A DNA stretch of 32,000 nt from Okeania sp. (GTDB lineage Bacteria; Cyanobacteriota; Cyanobacteriia; Cyanobacteriales; Microcoleaceae): contig NZ_JAYKGW010000217.1 of the NCBI RefSeq assembly GCF_035285525.1, forward strand, positions 1-32,000, in the 5' to 3' direction. The notes under the pieces were generated by a model, which did not search any database, was not told where the DNA came from, and saw nothing but the letters and a program-made list of their open reading frames with translations. The position numbers and the translations under genes were made by a program. Shown one piece after another: positions 17,597 through 26,950 of the stretch; the first letter of the stretch is position 1, and every line of letters starts with the position of its first letter.

Positions 17597-18043
17597 ATGG
17601 GTCTTTTTGAGCAAGGAACAACAACAATAAAAGCTAGGGATATTAAATTAGAACCTGCTGAAGCTTTTGCAGCGATCGCTTTAATTGCTGTAGCTGCTGA
17701 TGACGTTATTACTGAGAGTGAAAAACAAGGTATTAATAATATGTTATCTTGCATGAAACTGTTTAGTAATTATTCAGAAGAACGTAAGAGAGAAATGTTA
17801 GATCGTCTCTTAGAGATAATTAAGAATAAGGCAATTAAGCCTTTGTTTGATGCGGCAGTTGCTAAAATTCCTCAAGAGTTAAACGAGACTGTTTTTGCTG
17901 TTAGTACAGATTTGGTTTTAATAGATGGAGAACTTGCTGAAGAGGAAGAACAACTTTTGAATGAGTTGTATAATGCTTTGGAAATTTCCGAAGCAGTAGC
18001 TACTAAGATTATTGATGTAATGATGATTAAAAATAAGGGGTAA
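17597..18043 (+). CDS. TerB-like (tellurite-resistance TerB fold) small protein
   Basis: 148 aa. Two halves resemble the TerB pattern: AFAAIALIAVAADDVITESEKQGI and FAVSTDLVLIDGELAEEEEQLLNELYNALEIS (AAD G.....E...L). GAGGTG lies 8 nt upstream of the ATG. Confidence 0.65.
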   Translation: MGLFEQGTTTIKARDIKLEPAEAFAAIALIAVAADDVITESEKQGINNMLSCMKLFSNYSEERKREMLDRLLEIIKNKAIKPLFDAAVAKIPQELNETVFAVSTDLVLIDGELAEEEEQLLNELYNALEISEAVATKIIDVMMIKNKG

Positions 18044-18046
18044 TTT

Positions 18047-18078
18047 CAGTTATCAGTTATCAGTTATCAGTTATCAGT
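18047..18078. repeat. Heptamer tandem array (CAGTTAT), 4.5 units, starting 4 nt after the TerB-like stop codon
   Basis: cagttat occurs at 18047, 18054, 18061 and 18068, followed by cagtaa. The same heptamer occurs at 10263-10283 and 28224-28272. Confidence 0.9.
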
Positions 18079-18293
18079 AAATACAATTTCTTCGGAATGC
18101 TGCACAAACAGTTAAGAATTTTTTGAAAATAAATAAGGAAGAATAAAAGTAGAATTGTATTGAATTATCGGTATTTATGACTGAAACTGGTAAGTTGAAA
18201 TATTAGTTCAAATTTCTCTAGCGAGCATCTTGCTCGCTACCTAACTTAAGACTAGATTCCCTACCTAATTAAAATTAAATTCCCTATATTTTT

Positions 18294-18453
18294 GTGAGTA
18301 TTCAGCTATTAGCAATCAGCAATTAGTAATTATTTATTACTTCTAAGCTTTGGGAAGGAAACCTCGACATTAACTTTTGATTAGTTCTAAATTTTCAGGG
18401 TTGTTTTACCTTCTCTGCAATTAATAGCTAATAGCTGAAAGCTGAATGCTTAC
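18294..18453. mobile_element. MITE family 1, copy 7, 47 nt upstream of the thioesterase start
   Basis: Ends are gtgagtattcagctattagcaatcagc and aatagctaatagctgaaagctgaatgcttac. Confidence 0.8.
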
Positions 18454-18500
18454 ATATTTTTTATCCTTAAAATTAGCTTTTTTTCTATTTATTTCTATCA

Positions 18501-18917
18501 ATGTCTTTTTACTATACAAGAATAGTTCATTTTCAAGATACTGATGCTGCGGGTGTGGTTTATTTTGCTAATGTTTTAGCATTTTGCCATGAAGCTTATG
18601 AAGCATCTTTGGTAAAATTTGGTATTAATTTAAAGGTTTTTTTTAGCAGTCAAGAAGTTGCTATTCCTATTATTCATGCTGATGTTTATTTTCGTTGTCC
18701 GATGTTTTGTGGGGATGAGTTAATTATTGAGTTAATGCCTAAAAGTTGGGGAGATGATGAGTTTGAAATTTTTTATCAAGTCTTTTTAAATGAGGTGGAA
18801 GAAAAGTGGGTTGCGAGAGCTAATACGAAGCACGTTTGTATTCATCCTCGAAGTAGGAGTAGGCAAAATTTATCTGATGAAATGAGGCGATGGTTATTGA
18901 GTTTTGAAAGTTCCTAG
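18501..18917 (+). CDS. 1,4-dihydroxy-2-naphthoyl-CoA thioesterase (4HBT hotdog fold, Slr0204-type)
   Basis: 138 aa. The N-terminus reads YTRIVHFQDTDAAGVVYFANVLAFCHEAYEASL, which is the hotdog catalytic-Asp motif as in cyanobacterial DHNA-CoA thioesterases. It lies close to the other men genes. Confidence 0.7.
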   Translation: MSFYYTRIVHFQDTDAAGVVYFANVLAFCHEAYEASLVKFGINLKVFFSSQEVAIPIIHADVYFRCPMFCGDELIIELMPKSWGDDEFEIFYQVFLNEVEEKWVARANTKHVCIHPRSRSRQNLSDEMRRWLLSFESS

Positions 18918-19276
18918 TTTTGGGGATTTTAAGGAGGTGGAAATGATAGAGATGTTGATTTTTTTGATTGAGTAAATCTTTTTGGGGTACTATTTACAAT
19001 ATTTTTATTGCTACAAAGTTAGCGATCGCTCTGAAGACTATATTTCTCTTGGTTGAATAAAAAGTCATGTGTATAGACGAGTAGACCCTTACAAGTAAAT
19101 CATATCATCATTTTTGGGAAAATGCAAGGGTAAACCCCTCTATTTTTTTGGAGCTTCACAAAATGCAAAACTTATCTACTAAGTTAGATACTAAATGGTT
19201 TCTGTGGTTGGTTTAGTTACAGTATTTGACAAGAAATACCTGAGTTTTCAGGGTTGATAATAGAGGAGTTATAGAT

Positions 19277-19747
19277 TTATTGATTATTTAAAAGTTGTTG
19301 ATAATCTTCTCTTTGCCGAATATCATCTAATGGTGATTCTGGTTGTGGAGGTTCATCATAACAAAACTCTAATTTAACAAGTACATCTGAAGCATTTTTG
19401 AGCGTAAGATTAATTATTGCTTTACCTGTTTCCCACTCAGAATTACCTAATTTTAGAATCTTACATTCTATACCTTCAGGTGTAAAAATTAACAGTATAT
19501 CTCTAAGATTAAGTGCTACAGATTTATCAACTATTTTAATAATATTCCTACCTAATAGTCCAAATATACTAAGACTATTTATGTTTTGGTTAAAATTCTG
19601 ATTTACCTGACGCAATAAAGGGCGTTCATAAAAGGAACTTCTAACTTTTTCTACTACCAACTATTTAAAGCATTCAACAGTAAAAGTATCCTTCTGAATC
19701 ATCAAAATATCAGTATCACATTCTAGAGGTTGATATGTATTAGTCAT
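19277..19747 (-). pseudogene. KGK-domain protein gene interrupted by an in-frame TAG (19661-19663)
   Basis: The ATG at 19747 gives MTNTYQPLECDTDILMIQKDTFTVECFK, then TAG, then LVVEKVRSS... in the same frame. The 127-codon downstream part contains no ATG at all (the track starts it at TTG). The C-terminus GNSEWETGKAIINL....VKLEFCYDEPPQPESPLDDIRQ resembles the KGK domain. Confidence 0.6.
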
Positions 19748-20036
19748 AATATATAATCCAACTTTTATCTAGCTAATAATAACACAAAACTTTGACAAAT
19801 GAAAAATTTATTGATGTAAAACATTAGGCAGATAGGTGAGGATATTGATAAATTATCAACCTTAGTTATAAATGACTTTTAACCCAAGTTTCACACATCA
19901 ACTTGTAAAATTAAAGATAGTATTAAAATTGGTGGCTTGTTAAATATTTATACTATATGATTCATTTTCATTAAGTTAGAAAAATTATAGCTGTAAGCTA
20001 ACAAATTGCTATAAGCTATTAAACATTTAAACCACA

Positions 20037-20142
20037 TACAGCAGATGCTATTTTGGTGAAGTACACCGACGCGAGCCGGAAAGCTCGCACTGAGAGAATT
20101 TAATGATTAAATCTGTATTTATTATACTTAGAATTTGCTGTA
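20037..20142. mobile_element. MITE family 3, second copy
   Basis: Ends are tacagcagatgc and gaatttgctgta. The interior ttttggtgaag...aatttaatgattaaatctgta is collinear with 581-704. It contains the hairpin gcgagc-cggaa-agctcgc. Confidence 0.7.
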
Positions 20143-20209
20143 TTTATTGTCTACGAATGCTATACCTTATTTCTAATAACCCTACTCTTTACTCTCTATA
20201 ATAAATAAA

Positions 20210-21175
20210 ATGTCAAACAATACTTATGCCATAATTGGTAGTGGCGCACTAGGAGGTTTTTACGGTGCAAAACTACAAAAAGCAGGATTAGAAGTTCATT
20301 TTTTACTACACAATGATTATCAGTACGTTCTGGAAAATGGCTTTATTATAAAATCAAAAGATGGCGACTTTAATCTCCCTCAAGTTAACGCCTATAACAA
20401 TATTAATAAAATGCCAAAATGTGATGTGATTATCATCGGATTAAAAACTACACAAAATCATTTATTAGCAGAATTAATCCCACCTTTATTAAAAGAAAAT
20501 ACTGTTGTTTTACTCTTACAAAATGGCTTAGGTGCAGAACCAGAAATTGCTAAAATTGTAGGAGAAGATAGAATAATTGGAGGAATATGTCGCATTTGTT
20601 CTAATAAAGAAAGTTCTGGTTATATTCATCATTCAAATGGTGGTTTAATTAGAATGGGAAGATATGCTATAAATTATCAAATTGCTGAAATTAATAATAA
20701 AATGCGTGACATTAATCAGAATTTTGAAAAGGCTGGAGTTTCGGTTAATTTGATTGAAGATTTACTACTAGAAAGATGGAAAAAATTAGTTTGGAATATT
20801 CCCTATAATAGTTTGTCAGTAATTTTAAATGCTCGAACTGACGAAATTATGGGAGATACTAATACGAGAAATTTAGTAGCAGAAATAATGGAGGAAGTTT
20901 TAGAGGGGGCAAAAAGTTGTCAGCGTCAAATTCCAGATAGTTATATTCAAGAAAAGTTAGACTATACTGATAAATTACAACCTTATTCAACTAGCATGAA
21001 AATTGACTATGAACGAGGAAGACCTTTGGAAATAGAAGGTATTATTGGCAACCCTTTACGAATGGCAAATAAAGTTGGTATGAAGTTACCAAAAATTGGG
21101 ATGTTGTATCAGCAATTAAAATTTTTGGATGCTAGAAACATAGATAAATTTTCCAGTAAAAGGAAAATTACATGA
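20210..21175 (+). CDS. panE: 2-dehydropantoate 2-reductase (ketopantoate reductase, ApbA/PanE family)
   Basis: 321 aa. It has the N-terminal Rossmann motif YAIIGSGALGGFYGAKL, LQNGLG, and the C-terminal ApbA_C pattern W.KL..N.....L.....STSM..D...GRPLEI..I.G. Confidence 0.8.
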   Translation: MSNNTYAIIGSGALGGFYGAKLQKAGLEVHFLLHNDYQYVLENGFIIKSKDGDFNLPQVNAYNNINKMPKCDVIIIGLKTTQNHLLAELIPPLLKENTVVLLLQNGLGAEPEIAKIVGEDRIIGGICRICSNKESSGYIHHSNGGLIRMGRYAINYQIAEINNKMRDINQNFEKAGVSVNLIEDLLLERWKKLVWNIPYNSLSVILNARTDEIMGDTNTRNLVAEIMEEVLEGAKSCQRQIPDSYIQEKLDYTDKLQPYSTSMKIDYERGRPLEIEGIIGNPLRMANKVGMKLPKIGMLYQQLKFLDARNIDKFSSKRKIT

Positions 21176-21397
21176 TGGATATATTTCCACCTTTTCTGAT
21201 TTAATAAAGATGATAAGGAACTACAAAAAATTAATTACACATTCTGTTAATTCTCTGTTATTCTTTACCTCTTACCTCTTACCTGTTCCCTGTTCCCTGT
21301 TCCCTTTCTCAAATAGGAAATTAATTTTGCACGACTATTTAGTTAATAGTTGATGGCTATTTGCTTACATAAACTTTTCGATAAAATTTACATAATT

Positions 21398-22140
21398 ATG
21401 TCTAAAGATATTGCCAAAATTCAACATCAGACTCTACCTTCTAGTGTAGAAGTGTTTGCTAAAAACTGGCAGATATACCAGAAAATTCTCAAACATAATC
21501 ACATGAGACATAAAGAAATGTATGATGTCTTAGATCAATTTATTCTCAATTATCCAGTTAAACCATTTTCTTTTTTAGACCTCGGTTGTGGAGATTTATC
21601 AACTATAACACCTTGTCTTATTTATAGTAATGTTAATAGTTATATTGGTGTTGATTTATCACCACAAGCATTAGAAATTGCTCAAAAAAATATTGCTGAT
21701 ATTCCTGGCGAAAAAAGATTAATTACAGGCAATATTAAAGATATAGTTAAAGAATTAGTGTCTACTAAAAACTCAAAATTTGACATTGTTTTTTCTTCCT
21801 ATACTATTCATCATTTAAGCACATTAGATAAGCAAAATCTCATTAATGATATTTGGCAAATACTGAATCCTAATTCTTGTTTTATTTTTATTGATGTTTT
21901 AGAGAGGAAGGAGAAAGTCGCGATAACTATTTAGCAAAATATTGGCAAAATTTTAATAAAAATTGGTTTAGTTTGACTAAAGATGAAATAGATATGGTAA
22001 TTACACATATGAATAATTACGATTTTCCTGAAACAGAAAGTACAATTATTAATCAAGCTAAAAGTGCTGGTTTTAGTAAATTTGAGTTTATTTATCGAGA
22101 CCAAAAACATCCTGGATATTTATTAGTTTGTTATAAATAA
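21398..22140 (+). pseudogene. Class I SAM-dependent methyltransferase with a frameshift near 21903-21915
   Basis: Frame A reads MSKDIAK...FLDLGCGDLSTI (SAM motif I) ...IVFSSYTIHHL...FIFIDVL and stops at 21932. The next frame continues EEGESRDNYLAKYWQNFNKNWFSLTKDEIDMVITHMNNYDFPETES...YLLVCYK* and ends at 22140. The TTG/ATG at 21350 lies inside a MITE arm, so I use the ATG at 21398. Confidence 0.7.
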
Positions 22141-22151
22141 TTGAAGAAGGA

Positions 22152-22235
22152 AGAAGCAAGAAGCAAGAAGCAAGAAGCAAGAAGCAAGAAGCAAGAAGCA
22201 AGTAGCAAGAAGCAAGAAGCAAGAAGCAAGAAGGA
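22152..22235. repeat. Heptamer tandem array (AGAAGCA), 12 units
   Basis: Units occur every 7 nt from 22152. There is one variant, agtagca at 22201, and the last unit is agaagga. The array sits in the convergent gap between the methyltransferase gene and menE. Confidence 0.95.
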
Positions 22236-22255
22236 AAGTAGATAAGTCATAATAA

Positions 22256-22362
22256 CTCAGCTATTAGCTGTCAGCTTTTAGTAGTAAAGTTTAACTCTAA
22301 CATTATTAAAGGTGAGATTTAGATAAAAGGCAATAGCTGATAGTCTATCCCTGAATGCTGAC
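22256..22362. mobile_element. MITE family 1, short copy ending 1 nt from the menE stop codon
   Basis: The left arm is gtcataataactcagctattagctgtcagc. The right arm caatagctgatagtctatccctgaatgctgac ends at 22362. The menE stop codon is at 22364-22366. Confidence 0.65.
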
Positions 22363-22363
22363 C

Positions 22364-23779
22364 CTAATCTTTTATTCTTTGAATAGCAATTTCTTTTAAC
22401 AACTGCCGATTAATTTTTCCTTGAGTATTACGAGGTAAACTTTCGATTCTCACCCAATATTTCGGTTGTTTAAATTTACTCAACTTTCCATCAATAGCAA
22501 CTAACAATTTTTCCCTAGAAACTGCAAAATTATTACTAACATAAATAGCAGTTACAACTTCACCCCAATACTTATCTTTTAAACCAATTACACAAATATC
22601 ATTCACTAAACCAGTTCTTAAAATAGCAGCTTCTATTTCTGCTGGAAAAACATTTTCTCCACCAGTAATAATTTTTTGACTGTTACGACCTACTATTTTT
22701 AAATAATTTTGATTGTCAAAAAATCCTAAATCATCTGTTGTGAAACTTTCAGAATTATTAAAAGTATTAGGATAATACCCTAACGCCAAAGAATTAGCTT
22801 TAATAATAATATTACCAATTTGATTCTGACCTAATATTTCTCTACTTTCACTTTGAACGATAATTTTAGCGTGAGGTAATACTTGACCGTTACTATTATT
22901 TCCTGCTAAAAAATCTTCTGGTTTCAGAGTCGCAACTTGAGAAGCTGTCTCTGTCATTCCATAAGTTGGAGCTAATTTAATTTGATATTTTCTAGCTACA
23001 TTAAATAATTCTTCCCAAGCAGCAGCACCACCTAAAAGCACTGTTTGAAAATTTGATAACCAGTTAGCTATTTCTGCATTTTGTAACAAATTTTTTAACT
23101 GAGTTGGTACTAGGGAAATGAAAAATTCACTAGGGTTAATATTCCATTCTTTTTTGTCAAAAATATCTTTATAGGATGGCAAAATTACTAAATTTCCTCC
23201 AGTGGTAAAGGAACGCATAAATTGCATTAAACCACTGACATGATATAGGGGTAAAACACAAAAGGAATTAATTTTTTGTACTTGGAAATATTCTTGGAAA
23301 CCTTTGACGGATGATATTAAAGTTTCCCATGTATGAATAGCAAATTTAATTTTTCCAGATGAACCACCAGTAGGAATCATAATTAAATTTTGCTCACTAG
23401 AAAGAGTTTTTTTACAGGGGTTATGTTTAGGAAAATTAGGTGTTTTTTCTAAATTTTCTCCGGGAAATTTCTGGTTAAGGATATTTCCGAAAATTATGTC
23501 TGGTTGTACTAATTTTAAAACTTGTTCCCATTCCTGTTTTTGCCATTTTGGATTACATAAAAATACTTGACAACCAGCAGTAACAGCAGCAATAAAACTG
23601 GTAAGAAATTCTTTTGGTTTTGGTTCTGATATTAATACTTTGCTTGGAGTTTCTGGATTTACTATTTTGATTAAATCAGTAAATTTTTTCTCGGCAAGAT
23701 AATAAAATTCACTATTAAGAAAGAAGTTGTTATCTCTGTTGAGTTGGTATTGTTTTAGGTAGTTAAAAATTTGATTCAT
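22364..23779 (-). CDS. menE: o-succinylbenzoate-CoA ligase
   Basis: 471-aa adenylate-forming enzyme. Motifs seen: IPTGGSSGKIKFAIHTW (A3-like), APTYGMTET, TDDLGFFD, and GR....I.TGGENVFP.EIE. Its size and its position beside menC fit MenE. Confidence 0.85.
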   Translation of the reverse strand: MNQIFNYLKQYQLNRDNNFFLNSEFYYLAEKKFTDLIKIVNPETPSKVLISEPKPKEFLTSFIAAVTAGCQVFLCNPKWQKQEWEQVLKLVQPDIIFGNILNQKFPGENLEKTPNFPKHNPCKKTLSSEQNLIMIPTGGSSGKIKFAIHTWETLISSVKGFQEYFQVQKINSFCVLPLYHVSGLMQFMRSFTTGGNLVILPSYKDIFDKKEWNINPSEFFISLVPTQLKNLLQNAEIANWLSNFQTVLLGGAAAWEELFNVARKYQIKLAPTYGMTETASQVATLKPEDFLAGNNSNGQVLPHAKIIVQSESREILGQNQIGNIIIKANSLALGYYPNTFNNSESFTTDDLGFFDNQNYLKIVGRNSQKIITGGENVFPAEIEAAILRTGLVNDICVIGLKDKYWGEVVTAIYVSNNFAVSREKLLVAIDGKLSKFKQPKYWVRIESLPRNTQGKINRQLLKEIAIQRIKD

Positions 23780-23951
23780 AAATTAGCCCTGAAAAAGGTT
23801 GATTGGCAAACTTTACAGAAAAAGGAAAATATTTCACCTTCTACAAATATATAGATAAAGTTCGACTTCTCTCCAGAAATGTCAAAGTCGAAATTTATCC
23901 TTTTGCCTCAACTTTCTGCCAAACTAGAAAAAGGTTGATTGGCAAAATTCA

Positions 23952-24920
23952 TTATTCATTATCTATTAATAAATAGGTTTCCTGTTCTTCATCAAAAAAG
24001 TGAGTGACTCCAAAACCAAAAGCATGATTTTTTATTAAAAATGTTTGTAACTCTGTGGCAAGTTTAAGTGCTGCTTGTCTACCAATATTTGTTTCAAATA
24101 CTGAAGAAAAAACTGCATCAATAGAATTATTTTTGCAAAAGTTACGGAGTTCCTTTCGCGAACCAAAAATGGCAGGTTTAATCACAAATATTCCTTGCCA
24201 ACTCTGTTGATAATATTGTTCCATCTTCCTGAGATTAGCAACAGATTCATCTAAAGCAATAAGAGTAGAATAGGAATTACTTAATTCCAACATTTCTGAA
24301 AATTTATCAATAGATAAAGGTTGTTCAATAAATTCAATTATGTTGAGATTTTCGCAAATTTCTAACCATTGCTTTGCTTCCTCAAAATTTAATCCTCCAT
24401 TAGCATCTAATCTCAGATTTATTTCCGTAGGAAGTTCTTTAACTAACTGCTGAAATATTTCTATTTCTGTTTCAATTTTATCCACTGCAATTTTCCATTT
24501 AAAAGTTCGATATCCTTGTTGCCAAAGTTGCTGAAAAATTTCTAGAGCTGCTTTTCCTCCTGGTAATAAAGCACTGTAAAAATTAGTGTTTTTTAATTCT
24601 TCTTTTTCCTCTATTTCTACTTGTTGAATATTTTCCCAAGCTGACTCAAAACCAAATTGACAACTAGGTAAATTATCGGGAATAGAAAAAATTGTTTCTG
24701 TTATAATTTCTGTTGGTAACTGACGACAAAAATCTAAAGCTGCCGATAAATTTTCCGAACCAAACCAACTTAAAGGTGCAATTTCACCTAAACCTATTTT
24801 TCCATTTTGATCGGTTAGTTTCAGAATAATTCCTTCTCTAATATTCCAAATACCATGACTGGTTTTCAGAGGTTGTTTGAAGTTTCGTTTATAGAGAGAA
24901 AATTCTAATTTATATTGCAT
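23952..24920 (-). CDS. menC: o-succinylbenzoate synthase (enolase superfamily)
   Basis: 322 aa. Motifs seen: FKWKI, LRLDANGGL..EEA..WL, IEFIEQPL, ALDES, FVIKP. It lies between menH and menE. Confidence 0.85.
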   Translation of the reverse strand: MQYKLEFSLYKRNFKQPLKTSHGIWNIREGIILKLTDQNGKIGLGEIAPLSWFGSENLSAALDFCRQLPTEIITETIFSIPDNLPSCQFGFESAWENIQQVEIEEKEELKNTNFYSALLPGGKAALEIFQQLWQQGYRTFKWKIAVDKIETEIEIFQQLVKELPTEINLRLDANGGLNFEEAKQWLEICENLNIIEFIEQPLSIDKFSEMLELSNSYSTLIALDESVANLRKMEQYYQQSWQGIFVIKPAIFGSRKELRNFCKNNSIDAVFSSVFETNIGRQAALKLATELQTFLIKNHAFGFGVTHFFDEEQETYLLIDNE

Positions 24921-25329
24921 GATTTTTTGAGAATATTTTATTTAAAAATTTTACCTCTTTGACCTCTTCGATTAATAGTTATACCATTTTTATATAAACT
25001 TTCCCTTCATAAAAGATCATAACTGTCACTAGAATATAAGTTTGCATAAGGATTATTAAATACATTGTTAAAGGCAAATAGTATCAGGTGATATTTATTA
25101 GGTAAGACACAGAAAGAAGTAAAGAAAAAATACTTTAATATTATTTCAACTAATATGATTTAGATAATACTAAAATTTATAAATTATGGAAGTATATAGA
25201 GTAGCTATTGAGATTACAAAACTACTAAAAAAAAATCCTTAAGTGAACTGTATTTATCTATAGACTCATCTATTTTATATCCTAGATAACTAAAGCTTAC
25301 TTACTTCTTCCTTAATTCTTCTTCCTTCC

Positions 25330-26130
25330 TTATTCCCAAAAAATTATGATACTTTCAACCCATTCTCTAGGATTTTCCCAGTGGATATTATGACCAGATT
25401 CAGGAATTATTTTTACTTGAGCAACCCGACATAATTTTGCCATTTCAGTATTAATAACTTGAAATTTATCATCATATTCTCCCACTATTAATAATGTCGG
25501 AATCTGATGATTTGATAATTTATTCCAAAGTGAAGGTTGATTTCCTATTCCTAAACTTCGGAGAGACTTTGCTAACTCTAATTGATTATTTTCCAACCGC
25601 TTTTTGATGACATTTTCAAAATTATTATCCTGTCTCAAAGATGCAAATAATGGTTGACTATACCAGTTCCATAAAAATTCTTCAAAATTACTATTTTCCA
25701 ACTTATTAGCTAATTTAAAATCTGCCTGATAACGAAGTGATCGCTCTTTTTTAGTCTTTAATCCTGGAGATGCTGATTCTAATATTATTTTTTCAAACCG
25801 AGTTGGATAATTTATTGCTAAATATAATGCTAATCTTCCACCCATTGAATAGCCAAATAAATAACATTTTTCAATCTTTAAATCATCTAATAAATCAATC
25901 AATGCTGTGGCAGTATTCGGCATATTATAATATTCTTCACTGCCAAAAATTTTGGTTTTTCCATGCCCAGGTAAGTCAACTCTTAAACAGCAAAATTTTT
26001 CAGATAACTCAGGAATAATTTCTCTAAAATCATTAGTATTACCCATAAATCCATGTAGTAATAAAATAACCTGTTTATTATTTTTTCCAGTTAAATAGTA
26101 ATTAAATTTATAAACTTTTCCATCAAACAT
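25330..26130 (-). CDS. menH: 2-succinyl-6-hydroxy-2,4-cyclohexadiene-1-carboxylate synthase (alpha/beta hydrolase)
   Basis: 266 aa. Motifs seen: LLLHGFMGN, the nucleophile elbow GYSMGGR, LRSLGIGNQPSLW and SGHNIHWENP. These fit cyanobacterial MenH, and the gene sits in men context. Confidence 0.8.
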   Translation of the reverse strand: MFDGKVYKFNYYLTGKNNKQVILLLHGFMGNTNDFREIIPELSEKFCCLRVDLPGHGKTKIFGSEEYYNMPNTATALIDLLDDLKIEKCYLFGYSMGGRLALYLAINYPTRFEKIILESASPGLKTKKERSLRYQADFKLANKLENSNFEEFLWNWYSQPLFASLRQDNNFENVIKKRLENNQLELAKSLRSLGIGNQPSLWNKLSNHQIPTLLIVGEYDDKFQVINTEMAKLCRVAQVKIIPESGHNIHWENPREWVESIIIFWE

Positions 26131-26352
26131 GAATCAATAATACTGAGCAAAGTAAATAGATGATTAATAATTAATAATTAATCGAATCTCGGTTTTAAAC
26201 CTATCCTTTTATATTGAAAATTGATAATTAGACATAGTTTTCATTATCCACTATTCATTATTCGTTATTAATTAATAATATTTCCGTACTTGATTCAATC
26301 AAGTACGGTTTTAACCAGAGGTAATTAATAATTAATAATTAGAGATAGTTTC

Positions 26353-26394
26353 CATTATTCATTATTCATTATTCATTATTCATTATCCATTATT
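26353..26394. repeat. Heptamer tandem array (CATTATT), 6 units, touching the msrB stop codon
   Basis: Units at 26353, 26360, 26367, 26374, 26381 (cattatc) and 26388. The msrB stop codon occupies 26394-26396. Confidence 0.9.
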
Positions 26395-26792
26395 TATTCT
26401 GCTTTAACAAACTTCAGCGCAGCAGAATTTAAGCAATAACGTAACCCTGTTGGAGGGGGACCATCAGGAAAAACATGACCAAGATGAGCATCACAATTAT
26501 TGCAAAGAATTTCTGTTCTGCGCATAAATAAACTCCAGTCAGTTTCTTCTTTAATATTTTCTGGATTAATAGGTGCCCAATAACTCGGCCAACCTGTGCC
26601 AGAATCAAATTTTTCTTCTGAACTGAATAGGTCACTACCACAACAAATACATTTATATATTCCTTTTTCTTTGTTGTTGTAATATTCTCCTGTAAACGGT
26701 CTTTCAGTTCCTTTTTTTCTAGTTACATTAAACTGTTCTGGTGTGAGTTGTTCCTTCCACTCTTTTTCACTTTTTTGAACTTTATTAACCAT
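26394..26792 (-). CDS. msrB: Peptide-methionine (R)-S-oxide reductase
   Basis: 132 aa. It has two CxxC zinc motifs ([21 protein letters not shown]), GWPS, and the catalytic RYCLNS. Confidence 0.9.
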   Translation of the reverse strand: MVNKVQKSEKEWKEQLTPEQFNVTRKKGTERPFTGEYYNNKEKGIYKCICCGSDLFSSEEKFDSGTGWPSYWAPINPENIKEETDWSLFMRRTEILCNNCDAHLGHVFPDGPPPTGLRYCLNSAALKFVKAE

Positions 26793-26950
26793 ATCTTCAA
26801 TGTTCCTTTTGACAAATTGTTATATTTAGCAGTACAACGTTTTTTAAGACTATATATTGTTGTACTTTACAAATCATAACATATTTTTGCAGAAAGAAGG
26901 AAGAGGGAAGAAGGAAAAAGGAAGAAGAAATAAGGAAGCAGATGAGTCTG

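Noticed and set aside
18931-18975. Strong AAGGAGGTG Shine-Dalgarno-like sequence followed by a 10-codon mini-ORF (MIEMLIFLIE) downstream of the thioesterase gene
   Set aside because: By a rough composition-based estimate, a single 8-mer of this kind is expected about once by chance in a window of this size on two strands. The mini-ORF has no downstream gene to regulate on that strand, and I cannot assess its conservation here.
2871-22362. GTAAGT/GTAAGC 5' ends of family-1 elements resembling intron 5' splice sites
   Set aside because: The opposite end is simply the inverted complement (...GCTTAC), not an AG acceptor. No group I or group II intron core motifs are visible. Most copies are intergenic. 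The simplest reading is a terminal inverted repeat.
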